58,085 nucleotides of DNA, from positions 1 through 58,085 of the forward strand of contig CAKOHQ010000001.1 of NCBI GenBank assembly GCA_934085875.1, given 5' to 3'. This DNA comes from an uncultured Bacilli bacterium (GTDB taxonomy: Bacteria > Bacillota_I > Bacilli_A > RF39 > UBA660). Below the pieces are notes generated by a model. It saw only the letters and a program-made list of their open reading frames with translations. It was not told where the DNA came from and ran no database searches. Positions within the stretch are counted from its first letter, which is position 1, and the number at the start of each line of letters is the position of its first letter. The position numbers were made by a program, and so were the translations under genes. Of the stretch, positions 35,859 through 45,335 are shown one piece after another.

Positions 35859-37622
35859 ATGAAATTAATTAAAAATATTTTACTTATTTTTTGTATTAGT
35901 TTTATGTTTATTTTGGGAGTTAATGCAGAGACAGGATATACGACTGATAAAACTGGAATTAGTTTGAGAAATCAACCTAGTACAGCTAGTGATAATTATA
36001 TTATTACTACAATTCCATATAATGAGTATTTTTATATAAGTAATATGAATGCTGCTACTGGTGGTAATTGTCGTAAGGGGTGGTATTATGTATATTATAA
36101 AGGTAATTATGGATATGTTTGTTCTAGTATTGTTAAAATATTAGGAGAAGCTGATACTACTTATGATAGACCTTGGACTAGTCCTAAGAAGGCAATTGTT
36201 GGTGGTGCTAAGTTTATTAGTAGTGGGTATATTTCTAAAGGACAAAATACTAGTTATTTAAAAAAGTTTAATGTTAATCCAAATAGTTTTTATTCATTTT
36301 ATGCTCATCAATATATGGCTAATTTAAGAGCTCCTGCAGGTGAGGCTAATACTACTTATAAGTCTTTATATAATAATAATTTACTAAATAATAGTTTTAA
36401 TTTTACTATTCCTGTTTATACAGATATGCCTAGTCAAAGTTATTCTTATAATGGTTTATATCAAGTAGACATACCTACTACTGATGAGACAGATGATAGT
36501 TTTGAAAATATGATAAGAGATTTTCCTGATAGTTATAAGCCTGCATTAAGATATATACATAAGTTACATAATAATTGGAGTTTTACTCCTCTTAAAACTA
36601 ATCTAAGTTTTGATGAAGTCTTTAATAATGAAAAATGGGTTTCAAGTATAGAAATTAATGCTGGTGTTTGTGAAGGTAATCCATATACTGTGACTGAATC
36701 TGGTTGGTGTATAGGTAATGATGATGTTACAAGGTTCTTCATCGACCCTAGAAATTTCTTGACTGAAAAATATGTATTTATGTTTGAGAATTTAGGTTAT
36801 AGTGAACTTTATAATGAGGATGTTGTAAATGCTGTTATTAAAGATACGTTTATGAGTGGTAATTCTGAACTTGATAATCAAAGTTATAAAAGTATTTTCG
36901 TTGAGGCTGGTAAAACTGCTAGTATATCTCCTTTGTATTTAGCAAGTTTAGCTAGACAAGAAAGTGGTACTAGTTTAAGTAATACTACTAATGGTCAAGA
37001 GTTTAGTTATGATGGATTTACATATAAAGGACTTTATAATTTCTTTAATATTGGTGCTAGTAGTGGAGAGGCAAATCCTGCTTTAGCTGGTTTAGTTTAT
37101 GCTAATGGTGGTAGAGGAGTGAATAATGTAATAACTCCAGATAATGGTGATAGTAATAATAATAATAATAATAATACTCCTAGTGATAATGTAAATGTTT
37201 CAAATAATTTTATTGAAATGTTAAAAGTTGGAAAAACTGGAGAATATTTGAGAGGATATGATTTAGGTACTACGGTGGAAAATATTAAGAATAAAGTTGG
37301 TAATTCTGCTAATGTTGTTATAAAAGATTCTAATGGTTATGAAAAAAATGGAAATGATACTATTGGAACTGGTTATACAATAGAAATTAGCAATGGAAAT
37401 GGAAGAATGACATATACTTATGTAATGTATGGTGATTTAAATGGTGATGGTGAAATAAATTCTGCTGATTTATTAAAGATGAGACAATATTTATTAGGAC
37501 AAGTTAGTTTAAATGGTGCTTTTAAAATTAGTGCTTATCTAAATGGCGATGAGGAAATAAATTCTGCTGATTTACTTAGAATAAGACAACATTTATTAGG
37601 AACTTCACCAATTGGTCAATAG
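35859..37622 (+). CDS. Secreted peptidoglycan hydrolase: SH3b domain, N-acetylglucosaminidase domain and a type I dockerin
   Basis: Signal peptide. SH3b-like GWYYVYYKGNYGYVCSS. Glucosaminidase motifs GGAKFISSGYISKGQNTSYLKKFNV and LASLARQESG. Two dockerin Ca-loops, GDLNGDGEINSADLLKMRQYLLG and YLNGDEEINSADLLRIRQHLLG. Confidence 0.75.
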   Translation: MKLIKNILLIFCISFMFILGVNAETGYTTDKTGISLRNQPSTASDNYIITTIPYNEYFYISNMNAATGGNCRKGWYYVYYKGNYGYVCSSIVKILGEADTTYDRPWTSPKKAIVGGAKFISSGYISKGQNTSYLKKFNVNPNSFYSFYAHQYMANLRAPAGEANTTYKSLYNNNLLNNSFNFTIPVYTDMPSQSYSYNGLYQVDIPTTDETDDSFENMIRDFPDSYKPALRYIHKLHNNWSFTPLKTNLSFDEVFNNEKWVSSIEINAGVCEGNPYTVTESGWCIGNDDVTRFFIDPRNFLTEKYVFMFENLGYSELYNEDVVNAVIKDTFMSGNSELDNQSYKSIFVEAGKTASISPLYLASLARQESGTSLSNTTNGQEFSYDGFTYKGLYNFFNIGASSGEANPALAGLVYANGGRGVNNVITPDNGDSNNNNNNNTPSDNVNVSNNFIEMLKVGKTGEYLRGYDLGTTVENIKNKVGNSANVVIKDSNGYEKNGNDTIGTGYTIEISNGNGRMTYTYVMYGDLNGDGEINSADLLKMRQYLLGQVSLNGAFKISAYLNGDEEINSADLLRIRQHLLGTSPIGQ

Positions 37623-37635
37623 AAAGGATGTTATT

Positions 37636-38883
37636 ATGAAAAGAATTAAATTTGTGTTGTTATTATTGGTTTCTTTTATGTTTTGTATTACTTCTGTATA
37701 TGCAGGAGGTAGTGCAAGTTTAAGTGTTAGTAAAGGAAGTATAGAAAATGGTAGTAGTGTAACAGCAAGTGTTAGAGTTAGTGGAACTGCTGCTTGGAAT
37801 GTAACAATTACTAGTGCTGGTTCAACTAGTGGTTGTACACAAAAATTTGTAGGAGATTCTGGTACTGGTGAAAATACTAGCAAAACTTTCTCTGTAACTT
37901 GTAAAGCAACAAGTACTGGTATTATTAGTTTTACAATGAGTGGAGATATTACAAGTAGTGATGGAGCAAATTCAAAAATTAATGGTTCTAAACAAGTTAC
38001 TGTCACAGTTCCACGTGAAAAATCAAAAAATAATAAATTAAGTAGTTTAAGTGTAGAAGGATATGAAATTAGTCCTAAATTTGACGCTAATACAAATGAA
38101 TATAGTGTTGTGGTTCCATCTACTATTGATAAAATAAATATTGTTGCAAAAAAGGCTGATGGATATGCTAAATTAGAAGGTACTGGAGAAAAAAGCGTTG
38201 AAGAAGGTGCTAATACTTTCGAAATTATTGTAACTAGTGAGACAGGTGTTGCTAATACGTACAAGTTAACCGTTAATGTTGAAGATCAGAATCCTATTGA
38301 AGTAAATGTTGGTGGGAAAAAATATACAGTTGTTAAAGTTGTTAAAGACTTAGAAAAGCCTGAATTATTTGATGATACCACTGTAAAAATAAATGATTTT
38401 GATATTCCTGCATTTATAAATGAAGTCAGTAAATATACTTTAGTTGGATTAAAAGATGAAAGTGGTAAAATCAGTTTATTTATTTATAAAGATGGTAAAT
38501 ATACTAAATTTAATGAGTTTAAAAGCGATAGTTTATCAATAATATTTATGGATATGAAAGATGTTCCTAAAGGATATAAGAAAACTAGTGTTAAAATTAA
38601 TGAAGAAAATGTTGTTGCATATAAACTTAATGGAGATAGTAAATTATTACTTTACGGTGTTAATTTAGCTACTGGAAAGAAAAATTATTATACATATGAT
38701 AAAAAAGAAAAAACTCTACAAATATTTGATAAGGATAAATATTTAGATAAATTAAAAGAAGAAAATACTAATAAATATTTAATATATGGTTTATCTGGGG
38801 GAATATTAGTATTGATAATTTTGTTAGTTTTAGTAAGTAGTAAAAATAGAAAAATGAAAAAGTTAATTGAATTAAAAAAATAA
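37636..38883 (+). CDS. Membrane-anchored surface protein with a cadherin-like beta-sandwich domain
   Basis: Signal peptide MKRIKFVLLLLVSFMFCITSVYA. An N-terminal beta module of about 100 aa. NKLSSLSVEGYEISPKFDANTNEYSVVVP...ANTYKLTVNV (cadherin-like domain). C-terminal TM segment plus KNRKMKK. Confidence 0.65.
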   Translation: MKRIKFVLLLLVSFMFCITSVYAGGSASLSVSKGSIENGSSVTASVRVSGTAAWNVTITSAGSTSGCTQKFVGDSGTGENTSKTFSVTCKATSTGIISFTMSGDITSSDGANSKINGSKQVTVTVPREKSKNNKLSSLSVEGYEISPKFDANTNEYSVVVPSTIDKINIVAKKADGYAKLEGTGEKSVEEGANTFEIIVTSETGVANTYKLTVNVEDQNPIEVNVGGKKYTVVKVVKDLEKPELFDDTTVKINDFDIPAFINEVSKYTLVGLKDESGKISLFIYKDGKYTKFNEFKSDSLSIIFMDMKDVPKGYKKTSVKINEENVVAYKLNGDSKLLLYGVNLATGKKNYYTYDKKEKTLQIFDKDKYLDKLKEENTNKYLIYGLSGGILVLIILLVLVSSKNRKMKKLIELKK

Positions 38884-38884
38884 T

Positions 38885-40534
38885 GGTTCTATAAAAAATA
38901 GTGTGAAGTAAAAAACTAAAAAATAGAACGCGAAAAAATAAAAAACTATAAAAAGTAGTGTGAAGTAAACTACAAAAAGCTATAAAAAATAGTGTGAAGT
39001 TAGAGGTTAAAAAAGAACCTCTTTTTTCATGAAATAATATATACTTAAATTGTGAAATTTAAGGAGTGAAAAATGAAAGAATATTATATGTTGTTAGGTT
39101 TAAACCAAAAAGAAGTTAAAATTATTGATGTAGAAGAAAATAATGGAATAATAGAGGTAAGCATTGAGAACAAAAATAAAAAAGTCCGATGTCCAAAATG
39201 TAATAAATTTACTTCAAGTGTGCATGGAAAAAATAAGCAATAAGGAGTAAATATTTAAAATCTTGTGAGCAGAGGATAATGTTGATAATAAATAAAAAAA
39301 GGTATCATTGTTATAATTGTGGAAAAATTTTTACAGAGGATTTAACTATTAATACAGAAAATGGAAATATTTCAAAATCATTATTGATTAAAATTAGGAA
39401 AGAATTACTAAAATATAATCAAAATTTCAAAAGTATAGTAGAAGAATGTGGCGTATCGTCACAGACAGTAATAAATGAATTAAAAAAGATAAGTGAAATG
39501 ATGCCAGAGAGGATAATAAATCTTCCAAGAGTAATATCATTTGACGAATTTAAAGCAGATACAAATGAAGGAAAGTATGCATTTGTACTAAATGATCCAA
39601 TACATAAAAGAGTATTAGATATATTATCAAGTAGAAAAAAAGAGTACCTAATAAAGTATTTTACACACTGTAATAATAGGCACTCAGTGGAGTTCGTCAT
39701 ATCAGATATGTACGAACCATATTTATTGGTCACCAAAATAATGTTTCCCAAAGCAAAATATGTTGTTGACCGATTCCATTATATCACATATATAATGGAT
39801 ACTTTAGATAAAATCAGAATAAGGTTACAAAAAAGTTATGATATAAAAAGTAAAGAATATAAAATATTAAAAAATAAAAAGAATGTTAGTTTATTAAGAA
39901 AATATTCTAATGATATAGATTGGTGGGTATTAGTAAAAAGATATAAAAACGGACATATGGTTGATGTGCTTCCAAGTGAATTATTAAATAGAATATTATC
40001 TATATCTCCAGATTTAAGAAAAGGATATAATTTAAAAGAAGAATTTTTAGACATAATAAATCATGCTACATATGAAACGGTAGATGTGCAAATAATAGTC
40101 TGGATAAGTAAGTGTGTAGCAAGTGGAATAGAAGAATTTATAGAAGCAGCTGGAACGATATCAAGATGGCGAGAATATATAGTTAATTCGTTTATAGATG
40201 ATAGATATACAAATGGATTTACAGAGGGAATAAACAATAAGATAAAGGTTATAAAGAGAAATGGATTTGGATATAGAAGTTTTAAATTATTAAGAGCAAG
40301 AATATTATATATTTTTAATAAAAAAATGAGGGGATAAAAAATTTAAAAATGACTTCAAATTGAAAAAAAGCAAAATATATTTTTTACCTCAAATCGATTT
40401 TCTAAATATTTCTTAAAAAACTCAAAAATATGCAAAAAAAGTAGTGATAAATTTATTACATAAAAAATTACTACTTTTCCTTTTATTTATGCCGGTTTGC
40501 TAAAAATTTACTTCACACTATTTTTTATAGAACC
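38885..40534 (+). mobile_element. ISL3-family insertion sequence (1650 bp)
   Basis: Perfect 28-bp terminal inverted repeats GGTTCTATAAAAAATAGTGTGAAGTAAA (38885-38912 and 40507-40534). 8-bp direct target duplication AAAATAAT (38877-38884 and 40535-40542). The transposase shows ISL3 motifs. Confidence 0.9.
39073..40337 (+). pseudogene. ISL3 transposase, split by a 1-nt frameshift (56-aa zinc-finger N-terminus plus 352-aa DDE part)
   Basis: The N-terminal ORF carries CPKC...VHG and stops at 39243. The second frame is open from 39237 (AIRSKYLK...RYHCYNCGKIFTE). VVDRFHYITYIM and NGFTEGINNKIKVIKRNGFGYRSF motifs. Confidence 0.8.
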
Positions 40535-40625
40535 AAAATAATTATAAAGGGATATTATATCTCTTTTATTTTATTTACAAACAAGTGTACTTATTATATA
40601 ATTTAATTTAAGAAAGGATTATTTT

Positions 40626-41387
40626 ATGGAAATAATTAAATTTAAAAAAGATAAAAATAATATATATAAAATATATTTTGATGATGGTAATATAATTTCT
40701 TTATATGATGATGTTATTGTTAAGTATAATTTATTAATAAATAAAACTATGAATATAAAGAAATTTAATGAAATAACTAATTATAATGATTTTTTAGATG
40801 GTTATTATAAATCTATAAAGTATATTAATAAAAAGTTAAGAACTGAATTAGAAATAGAAAAGTATTTAACTAAATTAGATATAAAGAAAGATGATATAAA
40901 TAATATAATAAATTTATTATATAAAGATGGATATTTAAATAAAGAAAATTATTATAAAGCTTATATAAATGATAAATATAATTTAAGTAGTGATGGACCT
41001 TTTAAAATAAAAAAAGACTTAATTAAATTAGGATATAAAGAAGAAGAATTTGATTTATATTTATTTAATTTAAATTGGGATGAAAAATTAAATAAGTTTA
41101 TAAATAAAAAAATTAAATTAAATCATAAATTAAGTAATAATATGTTTAAAAATAAAATATTAAATGATTTAATTAAATATGGTTATGATAGAAAAGATAT
41201 AATTAATGTTTTAAATAGTATAGAATTTAGTAGTGATGTAGATAATTTAAATAAAGAATATTATAAAATAAAAAATAAATATAGTATTAAATATAGTGAT
41301 AAAGAGTTAGATTATAAAATTATGACTTATTTATATAAAAAGGGTTTTAATATGGAAGATATTAAGAGGTGTTTAGATGAAGACTAA
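40626..41387 (+). CDS. recX: RecX-like regulatory protein
   Basis: Three-repeat helical pattern (IEKYLTKLDIKKDDINNIINLLYKDGYLNKENY...), about 250 aa. Confidence 0.55.
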   Translation: MEIIKFKKDKNNIYKIYFDDGNIISLYDDVIVKYNLLINKTMNIKKFNEITNYNDFLDGYYKSIKYINKKLRTELEIEKYLTKLDIKKDDINNIINLLYKDGYLNKENYYKAYINDKYNLSSDGPFKIKKDLIKLGYKEEEFDLYLFNLNWDEKLNKFINKKIKLNHKLSNNMFKNKILNDLIKYGYDRKDIINVLNSIEFSSDVDNLNKEYYKIKNKYSIKYSDKELDYKIMTYLYKKGFNMEDIKRCLDED

Positions 41388-41703
41388 GTATGATAGATTG
41401 AGTAAAAATGAAAGAAAAGATTTGTTTAATAAATATAAATGTGAAAAGAAAGATATTGTTAATAAAATGAATAAGATGTTTATTTTATGTTATATTGGGA
41501 TAATTTATTCAGTTTGTGTTTTTATATATGATTTATTTTATAAGCATAGTAGAATTAATTATATTTTAGATATTATTATATTTATATTTTGTTTAATTGC
41601 TGTATTTAAAATGTATAGCGTTAAGAAGAATTTATTGAATGATTATTTGATAAAAATTGATGAAGAAACAAAAAAGAAAGTTTTAAAAAAATATAAAAAA
41701 TAA
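41377..41703 (+). CDS. Small two-TM membrane protein
   Basis: Overlaps the recX end. Two hydrophobic helices. Confidence 0.4.
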   Translation: MKTKYDRLSKNERKDLFNKYKCEKKDIVNKMNKMFILCYIGIIYSVCVFIYDLFYKHSRINYILDIIIFIFCLIAVFKMYSVKKNLLNDYLIKIDEETKKKVLKKYKK

Positions 41704-41733
41704 AGACTTTAGAATTTAATCTAAAATCTTTTT

Positions 41734-42738
41734 TTAATTAGAAGATGTAGTTGTTGATGTAGCATAGTAATTATATAAAGAATTCATATATTTATTATAG
41801 CTAGATTTTAATTCGTCATCTTCTATTTCCATACCTTTGTCTTTTCTTAATTCTTTTAATGCTGTTATAGAAATTGTTTTATCTTCATTAATTTTTTTAT
41901 CTGCTAGAGTTTTTATAATATCTTCTTTAACTTCTTTTAATTCTTTTTTATCATATTCTTTAGTTTTCTTAATTATATGATAACCATATGAAGTTTTTAC
42001 TGGTTCTTTAGTATATTCATTTACTTTCAAAGCATATGCTGCTGTTTCAAATGTTTCTTCCATATCACCTTTGTTGAATTTACCTAAAGCTCCACCTTTA
42101 TCTTTGTTAGAATCATCTTTAGAATATTTTTTAGCAAGTTCTGCAAAATCTTCTCCATTATTTAATTTTTCAATAACTTCATTAGCTGTTTTTTTAGCTT
42201 TTTCTTCAGCTTTTGTTTTTTCTTCGTCAGTTGCATCATCTTTAACATCTACTGTTATTAATATATGACTTGCTTCAATATCACCAACTATATCAGTGTC
42301 ATAATAAGATTTAATTTCTTTATCTGTAACTTGTTTTTTTGCATAATCATCAGTTGCTAAATCTCTAAAATAATTTAATTCAATATATTCTTTAAATTCT
42401 TTTAAAGTACTATATCCATAATAGCTGTTGATAGCATTTAATAACTCTTCTTCAGAATCATAATTTTTCTTTAAATTTTTTATTTGTTCATCAGCATAGT
42501 CTTCAGCATCATTTATTTTATCTTTATACTCTTTAAATAATATTTCTTTATCAATCATATCTAATAAAATACTAATTGCGTATCTATCTTTTAATTTATC
42601 ATATAAAGAATCAACGCTAATACTGTCTAATTTTTCAAATTTAACTACTGCTTCTTCACCATTTTTTAATTTTGATACTTTTCCACAACCACACATTGCT
42701 AATCCAATCATTATAGTAACTAAAACTTTCTTTTTCAA
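41734..42738 (-). CDS. prsA: Foldase lipoprotein PrsA (parvulin PPIase)
   Basis: Lipobox-like GLAMCGCG. Parvulin domain EASHILI...GEDFAELAKKYSKD...GGALGKFNKGDM...SYGYHIIK. Confidence 0.85.
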   Translation of the reverse strand: MKKKVLVTIMIGLAMCGCGKVSKLKNGEEAVVKFEKLDSISVDSLYDKLKDRYAISILLDMIDKEILFKEYKDKINDAEDYADEQIKNLKKNYDSEEELLNAINSYYGYSTLKEFKEYIELNYFRDLATDDYAKKQVTDKEIKSYYDTDIVGDIEASHILITVDVKDDATDEEKTKAEEKAKKTANEVIEKLNNGEDFAELAKKYSKDDSNKDKGGALGKFNKGDMEETFETAAYALKVNEYTKEPVKTSYGYHIIKKTKEYDKKELKEVKEDIIKTLADKKINEDKTISITALKELRKDKGMEIEDDELKSSYNKYMNSLYNYYATSTTTSSN

Positions 42739-42865
42739 ATCTATCTTCCTTTCTTTTAATTACAAATATTATTATAACTTTTAATTCATAAAATTACAAT
42801 AAAAATACTCACAAAAATACTCTTTTTACCATAAAATAAAGTGAGTAATGAAAAGGAGGGGTTTT

Positions 42866-42970
42866 ATGAACCGCGGAGGATGCTGTGCTAATAATGGTGG
42901 CGTTTCTGCTGCTGCATTCATATTAGTACTATTTATTTTATTAATTATCATAGTAGGGGCTTTCATTTAA
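42866..42970 (+). CDS. YjcZ-family tiny TM peptide (34 aa)
   Basis: AAGGAGGGG RBS. Product MNRGGCCANNGGVSAAAFILVLFILLIIIVGAFI. Not in the ORF track. Confidence 0.65.
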   Translation: MNRGGCCANNGGVSAAAFILVLFILLIIIVGAFI

Positions 42971-42983
42971 GGAGGGATTATAT

Positions 42984-43112
42984 ATGAATAAATCAACTTG
43001 TACAAGTGCAAGCACTAGATGCAATGATAATAATAGATTTGGTGATTTTTTCATCATATTAGTATTATTTATATTACTTGCAATAATCGTTAGTGCTGTA
43101 TTTACTTATTAG
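42984..43112 (+). CDS. YjcZ-family tiny TM peptide (42 aa)
   Basis: AAGGAGGG RBS. Product MNKSTCTSASTRCNDNNRFGDFFIILVLFILLAIIVSAVFTY. Terminator at 43114-43137. Confidence 0.65.
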   Translation: MNKSTCTSASTRCNDNNRFGDFFIILVLFILLAIIVSAVFTY

Positions 43113-43182
43113 AAAGAGGGATAACCTCTTTTTTTTTAATATTTTATATGCTAGAATGTATATAGAATAGAAGGTGTTTTAT

Positions 43183-44937
43183 ATGTTTGGTAGTATACTA
43201 AAAATATATGATGATCATGTAATTATTGAAAATAAATCTAGAACTATTGATGCTAATTATTTAAATTTATATGTTATATTTAGTGATAATGATAAGAAAG
43301 TTGTTGGAGAAATAGTTAATATTGAAATTAATGTAATTGATATATTATTAATAGGTATAATAAATGATAATGAATTTGTTAGTGGTTTAGTTAGAAAACC
43401 GAATTTAAGTGGTGGATGTAGAATTATATATAAGAGTGAATTAGAATTAATTTTAGGAAATCAGGATTTAGATAATGTTAATTCATTCTATATTGGTAAA
43501 AGTTTAGTATATGATGGTTTTAATGTTACCAGCAAATTTAATAATTTCTTTTCTAATCATTTTGCTGTAATAGGTAATACAGGTAGTGGTAAGAGTTGTA
43601 CAGTAACTAGTTTATTACAAAATATATTTTATAAAAGTTCAGCAAATTTACCTAGAGGTGCACATATTGCTCTATTTGATGTATATGGAGAATATAATAA
43701 AGCTTTTAAAAGTTTAAATAATATTGATGGAATGGGTTTTAAAAATTATAGTACTAAAGTTGATTTAAGTGAGGGTGAGATTATTAATGTTCCTGCATAC
43801 TTTTTAAGTGTAGATGACTTAGCATTGTTATTAGATGTTAATAGTCCAAATCAATTACCTATTTTAGAAAAAACTTTAAAGTTAGTATACATTTTTAAAA
43901 ATACTGATATAAATGTTAGCAAACACAAAAATGATATTATTGCTAGTTGTTTACTTGATATATTAACTAGCGGTAGAACTAGCACTCAAATAAGAGATCA
44001 AATAATAGCTGTTTTAACAAGATATAATACTGATACTTTAAATTTGGAAACTGAAATAGCTCAACCTGGTTATACTAGAACTATAAGACAATGTTTAAAT
44101 ATAGATCAACAAGGTAAAATGAATTCGGTACAATATGTTGTTGATTTATTAGAAAAATATAAAAAATTGGATTTAGGAACTATTAAAGGTATTCCTAACT
44201 TTGTATATAGTTTAGATGATATATATTATGCTATGGAATTTGCTCTTATAAGTGAGGGTATTTTAAAAAGTGATAAGATGTATGATTTATATAATCAACT
44301 TAAAGTTAGATTGCAACAAATAATTAATAGTGATTATAAAGAATATTTTAAAGTAGGAGAGTTTATATCTAAAGGGGAATTTGTTAGAAAACTATTTAAG
44401 AGTGATAGAAATTATCAAATAATTAACTTTAATTTAAATTATATAGATGAGAGATTGGCAAAAAAATTAACAAAAATATTATCTAAGATGTTTTTTGATT
44501 TTGCAACTAGTTTAGATAATAGAGGAACATATCCTATACATATTATTTTAGAAGAAGCTCATAGATATGTTCAAAATGATAATGATATAAATATATTGGG
44601 ATATAATATATTTGATAGAATTACAAAAGAAGGTAGGAAATATGGTGTTATTCTTGGTATGATTACACAAAGACCTAGTGAATTATCAATAACTAGTTTA
44701 AGTCAATGTTCTAATTTTATAGTTTTGAGAATGTTTTATCCAGATGATTTAAATATGATTAAATCTATTACAAGTAATATACCTAATAGTACTTTTGAAA
44801 AGTTAAAGTCATTTTTGCCAGGAAATGCTTTGGTATTTGGTACATCATTTAAACTACCATTACTTGTAAAGGTAAATTTACCTAGTCAATTACCAGAAAG
44901 TACTAGTGTTAATATTAGCAATGAATGGTATAAATAG
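43183..44937 (+). CDS. HerA/FtsK-like ATPase (DUF87 helicase HerA central domain) with an N-terminal barrel
   Basis: AAGGTG RBS plus ATG 43183. Walker A AVIGNTGSGKSCTV, Walker B HIILEEAHRYV, and GRKYGVILGMITQRPSEL. Confidence 0.75.
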   Translation: MFGSILKIYDDHVIIENKSRTIDANYLNLYVIFSDNDKKVVGEIVNIEINVIDILLIGIINDNEFVSGLVRKPNLSGGCRIIYKSELELILGNQDLDNVNSFYIGKSLVYDGFNVTSKFNNFFSNHFAVIGNTGSGKSCTVTSLLQNIFYKSSANLPRGAHIALFDVYGEYNKAFKSLNNIDGMGFKNYSTKVDLSEGEIINVPAYFLSVDDLALLLDVNSPNQLPILEKTLKLVYIFKNTDINVSKHKNDIIASCLLDILTSGRTSTQIRDQIIAVLTRYNTDTLNLETEIAQPGYTRTIRQCLNIDQQGKMNSVQYVVDLLEKYKKLDLGTIKGIPNFVYSLDDIYYAMEFALISEGILKSDKMYDLYNQLKVRLQQIINSDYKEYFKVGEFISKGEFVRKLFKSDRNYQIINFNLNYIDERLAKKLTKILSKMFFDFATSLDNRGTYPIHIILEEAHRYVQNDNDINILGYNIFDRITKEGRKYGVILGMITQRPSELSITSLSQCSNFIVLRMFYPDDLNMIKSITSNIPNSTFEKLKSFLPGNALVFGTSFKLPLLVKVNLPSQLPESTSVNISNEWYK

Positions 44938-44993
44938 AATATTAATGTATTCTATTTTTTTATATAAAAAAACGGAACAAAGTTCCGAATTAA

Positions 44994-45182
44994 TTAAGCA
45001 TTTTTTTCTACTTTTTTGCTAGCTTTTCTTATAGTTCTAGCTTCTCTAGCAGTTAATTTAACTTTTTCTCCATTTATTGTATATGTTTGTAAATTTGGAT
45101 TTTGTCTCATTTTAGTAGCATTTAAAGCATGAGATCTTTTATTACCAAATAAAGGTTTTTTAGTTGTTACTTTTGTTGCCAT
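44994..45182 (-). CDS. rpmB: 50S ribosomal protein L28
   Basis: GNKRSHALNATKMRQNPNLQ motif. GGAGGG RBS. Confidence 0.9.
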   Translation of the reverse strand: MATKVTTKKPLFGNKRSHALNATKMRQNPNLQTYTINGEKVKLTAREARTIRKASKKVEKNA

Positions 45183-45335
45183 TAGTTTTCCCTCCTTAAT
45201 AAGAATTCTAACCTAGTTTATCATATTTAAATTACAAAGTCAAACAATGTATTGTAGTTTTTTTAAAAATAAGTAGTTTTTTCTAGTTTATAATACTTAT
45301 TTATTATATAATATGATTAAGAAAGGTTGTGCTAT

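Noticed and set aside
37605-38264. 219-aa ORF on the minus strand
   Set aside because: It is entirely antisense to the well-supported 37636-38883 gene, has low-complexity S/T/L/P composition typical of a shadow frame, and has no RBS.
38890-39000. Three spaced repeats of about 20 bp, looked at as a possible mini CRISPR array
   Set aside because: They lie inside the left end of the IS, match the terminal inverted repeat sequence, have irregular spacers of 8-41 nt, and have no cas genes nearby. They are interpreted as subterminal transposase-binding repeats.
39225-39243. Programmed -1 frameshift at A-AAA-AAT in the ISL3 transposase
   Set aside because: Slipping -1 on that heptamer lands directly on a TAA (39234-39236). 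ISL3 transposases are not known to use frameshifting. A simple 1-nt indel is more likely.
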